The translations under genes and the position numbers were made by a program. DNA of 20,000 bases from an uncultured virus (IMG/VR IMGVR_UViG_3300042502_001066) (Duplodnaviria > Heunggongvirae > Uroviricota > Caudoviricetes), in IMG/VR virus record IMGVR_UViG_3300042502_001066; one strand, 5' to 3'. Positions 17,721-20,000 of this stretch are shown piece after piece. The notes below the pieces were generated by a model that saw only the letters and a program-made list of their open reading frames with translations, was not told the origin of the DNA and did no database searches. Position 1 is the stretch's first letter. Each line of letters begins with the position of its first letter.

Positions 17721-17793
17721 GGTACCATAGCTCAGTTGGTAGAGCAAAGGACTGAAAATCCTTGTGTCGGTGGTTCGAATCCACCTGGTACCA
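17721..17793 (+). tRNA. tRNA-Phe(GAA)
   Basis: GGTACCA/TGGTACC; AAGGA-CTGAAAA-TCCTT. Confidence 0.95.
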
Positions 17794-17877
17794 CGAGGTT
17801 CTGAATTAACAGGACAACCCCCCACCTCCGATATGGCAGTCGGTCCGTTAATCCGACGAAGATGGGGTTTTTTATAA

Positions 17878-17950
17878 GCGGGTTTCGTATAACGGCTCAT
17901 TATGTCACTCTTCCAAAGTGAAGACGGGGTTTCGATTACCCCAACCCGCT
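17878..17950 (+). tRNA. tRNA-Gly(TCC)
   Basis: GCGGGTT/AACCCGC; TCACT-CTTCCAA-AGTGA; U discriminator. Confidence 0.9.
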
Positions 17951-18028
17951 CCTGGTGTCTCGGTAAGCTCTGACGAAAGTCAACTACGAGGTCTCGGTGG
18001 ACAGAAGGCCTCTGATTCCACCCACTTT

Positions 18029-18104
18029 GGCTCCATGGTTGAATGGCTACAATGCCGGCTTGTCACGCCGTGTGGTACGGGTTCGAATCCCGTTGGAGCC
18101 GCCA
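18029..18104 (+). tRNA. tRNA-Asp(GTC), CCA encoded
   Basis: GGCTCCA/TGGAGCC-G-CCA; CGGC-TTGTCAC-GCCG. Confidence 0.92.
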
Positions 18105-18161
18105 AAGAGGAGTAACTTGCGTAGGTGCCTCAGGGGACTGCAGCCCCACTACGCTCCATAT

Positions 18162-18232
18162 TGTCCTGTAGTGAAATGGCATCACACAACACTTTGACTG
18201 TTGTATTTCTGGTTCGAGTCCAGACGGGACAA
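18162..18232 (+). tRNA. tRNA-Gln(TTG)
   Basis: TGTCCTG/CGGGACA; CAACA-CTTTGAC-TGTTG; followed by a T-run. Confidence 0.92.
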
Positions 18233-18273
18233 CTTTTTTTGTTTTATTAATAAACTTGTCTTATCTTTGTATT

Positions 18274-18693
18274 ATGGAAAAAGAATTTGTTACATACGAA
18301 ATTGCTTCGGAACTCAAGAATCTTGGATTTAACGAGCGTTGTTATGGATGTTTCAGTCATTTGGACAACAGGGAGTTACGGACAAGTAGAGTATACACCA
18401 ACGGAGTGTCTGAAAATATTGCAGCGCCAATCTTCTCACAGGCATTTAGATGGTTTGAAGAGAATTATTCATATTTTGTGGATATTAAAACTGACACCAC
18501 ACCAAATGAGATTTTGGGATTTGACTATACGATTAAGAGTTGGAAGTTTCCACCGATGTATTTTGATTTCTTCAAAGATAAGAGAGAAGGAAACATTGCG
18601 GTAATCAAGAAGATGATTGAGATGGTGAAGAAAGAGAAACAAAAGGAAGCTCTTATTGAGTTGATGGATAATGATAAAGATTTAGATAAATAA
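18274..18693 (+). CDS. Hypothetical phage protein (139 aa, MEKEFVTYEIASELKNLGF...)
   Basis: Start reassigned to ATG 18274, behind TATCTTTG (18262-18269). Confidence 0.8.
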   Translation: MEKEFVTYEIASELKNLGFNERCYGCFSHLDNRELRTSRVYTNGVSENIAAPIFSQAFRWFEENYSYFVDIKTDTTPNEILGFDYTIKSWKFPPMYFDFFKDKREGNIAVIKKMIEMVKKEKQKEALIELMDNDKDLDK

Positions 18694-18694
18694 T

Positions 18695-19000
18695 ATGACA
18701 CAGAAACAACAAGATGCTATTGATAGCATAATGGACTACTTCAAGTTTGAACAAGTCCGAAAAGTAATGGAAGTATTGAATTGGGAGTGGGCGGCTTCTG
18801 ACGAAGGTATTCCAACTGTTCCTGAATTGAGACAAGAAGCGAGACGATTATTAAAGATGGCGTTTAAAGAAAAAACAGATGTATCAACAGGTGGGTTCCA
18901 CGTAAGATATGAATCGGACGATGATGGTTGCGAGTTTATTCAATTAATCTTTGCGGTTGAAGAATGGTATGAAGATGTGGAAAAAGATTTGGTAGATTGA
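18695..19000 (+). CDS. Hypothetical protein (101 aa)
   Basis: ORF starting 1 nt after the previous stop. Confidence 0.8.
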   Translation: MTQKQQDAIDSIMDYFKFEQVRKVMEVLNWEWAASDEGIPTVPELRQEARRLLKMAFKEKTDVSTGGFHVRYESDDDGCEFIQLIFAVEEWYEDVEKDLVD

Positions 19001-19019
19001 AAAACTTACCATATCTTTG
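18989..19019 (+). promoter_or_regulatory. Bacteroidota-type promoter of the tRNA-like array
   Basis: TTG at 18989; TATCTTTG at 19012-19019; predicted start near 19024. Confidence 0.7.
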
Positions 19020-19023
19020 TCGG

Positions 19024-19138
19024 AGTCAGGTGGGTGTAATGAGGGACGGTCCCAAATCCATAGAGCTAGTGGTTCTCGACACTTGGAGATTCCATTAGAA
19101 GTAAGGTTACTTATCCGGTTCGAGTCCGGCCCTGACTA
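19024..19138 (+). ncRNA. tRNA-like element 1 (115 nt, expanded non-canonical core)
   Basis: AGTCAGG/CCTGACT-A acceptor and CCGG-TTCGAGT-CCGG T-arm; no standard anticodon arm found. Confidence 0.7.
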
Positions 19139-19334
19139 CAAACGTGTTGTTCCCTTGAGAAAGGAGGTATTGATAAAAAAGGAAGTTGTTAAAAGTAACA
19201 ATATGCTTACAACACAGAGGACTTCTCATCCTCAACTATTAGTGAACTTTGGTACCCGTACTGAGGACGTGGGGCTAAGTAAGATACAATTCCGTCATGC
19301 AGGGAGTAGAATGCTAAAGAGCTAATAGTAAAAT

Positions 19335-19401
19335 AGTCAGGTAACTCAATTGGCAGAGCTCCTAACAAGGAAGATTGCAGGTTCGAATCCTGTTCTGACT
19401 A
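19335..19401 (+). ncRNA. tRNA-like element 2 (67 nt, truncated anticodon arm)
   Basis: AGTCAGG/TCTGACT-A; D-arm CTC-AATTGGCA-GAG; TCCT-AACA-AGGA mini arm; GCAGG-TTCGAAT-CCTGT. Confidence 0.75.
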
Positions 19402-19619
19402 CACGTTCTGACTAATCATCAGATAGTATGTCCCATACGATGAGAAATGGTATGATAACCATAGGGAAGAGTTGAAGGTTTGTATATATATTACCTTCTA
19501 GTTGACTACTAAGGTCGGTAAAACCCATCACGAAGGGGAGCAAGACAGTTTATTCCTAACTCAGCAATGAGGACAGCCATAACACCTGTAAGTTGGATAG
19601 ATAAGGGTGTTTTAACATA

Positions 19620-19700
19620 GGTCAGGTGGCGAATGGTAACGCAGCTCGCGGTGTACACTATAAAGGGGTGACAATGCAGGTTCAAATCCTGTCCTGACTG
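19620..19700 (+). ncRNA. tRNA-like element 3 (81 nt)
   Basis: GGTCAGG/CCTGACT-G; D-arm TGGCGAATGGTAACGC; GCAGG-TTCAAAT-CCTGT; irregular central hairpin. Confidence 0.7.
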
Positions 19701-19715
19701 CAAGATTAAATAAGA

Positions 19716-19820
19716 ATGACACAGGAACAAATAAAGAATTGGATAGATAGGTGGTCGAAACTAAAACCATCTCCACAAAGAGATATGGTAATTAAGATTT
19801 GGTCTAGATTATTGAAATAA
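19716..19820 (+). CDS. Small basic Trp-rich peptide (34 aa)
   Basis: MTQEQIKNWIDRWSKLKPSPQRDMVIKIWSRLLK; fills the gap between tRNA-like elements 3 and 4. Confidence 0.5.
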   Translation: MTQEQIKNWIDRWSKLKPSPQRDMVIKIWSRLLK

Positions 19821-19825
19821 AATAT

Positions 19826-20000
19826 AGTCAGGTGGCGGAATGTTAACAACCCCGTTCTAGATGTAAAAACAATGTGGTTAGAATCCACTACGGGGTCAAT
19901 GTTAACTTGGTAGACGCAACAAGTAAGTTAGTAGGATTAAGTTGTTTCTATGATACTCTTAATTCCGAGATGTAAGGGAAATACATCATACAGGTTCGAA
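19826..20000 (+). ncRNA. tRNA-like element 4 with a 65-nt D-loop insertion; truncated by the window end
   Basis: AGTCAGG-TGGCGGAAT-[insert]-TTGGTAGACGC ... ACAGG-TTCGAA. Confidence 0.7.

Noticed and set aside
17966..17985. Hammerhead ribozyme, suggested by CTGACGA
   Set aside because: CUGACGA overlaps a simple UGAC-GAAA-GUCA hairpin; no stem II, separate GAAA or cleavage triplet in the required order.
19513..19580. c-di-GMP-I riboswitch-like look (GGTAAAACCC...CCTAA...GACAGCC)
   Set aside because: Lacks a proper GNRA-capped P2 and P1 closure, and there is no downstream gene to regulate; a covariance-model search would be needed.
19017..19888. ORFs 19017..19325(+), 19509..19730(-) and 19706..19888(-)
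   Set aside because: They overlap tRNA-like or structured RNA, have atypical composition and show no plausible initiation context.

Overview
AT-rich, gene-dense segment that looks like a large tailed phage infecting a Bacteroidota host. Evidence: repeated TTG...TAnnTTTG promoters, a T9SS-type cargo protein, a GH19 endolysin, an orphan DNA methyltransferase, DUF3310, NUDIX, DHH, GNAT, RmlB and HAD genes among many hypothetical ORFs, all in the standard genetic code. Three non-coding regions stand out. (i) A ~900-nt ornate structured RNA (GOLLD-like) with tandem promoters, boxA and a terminator. (ii) A 10-tRNA array preceded by a 37-codon leader ORF and a mutually exclusive terminator/antiterminator pair. 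The leader contains all ten amino acids served by the array, eight of them consecutively (W-F-T-I-K-G-Q-D), which suggests a ribosome-sensing attenuator that turns on phage tRNAs when host tRNAs fail. (iii) At least four tRNA-like elements with a shared acceptor stem but no normal anticodon arm, alternating with structured RNAs. Family assignments come from motif recognition by eye; no searches were run.
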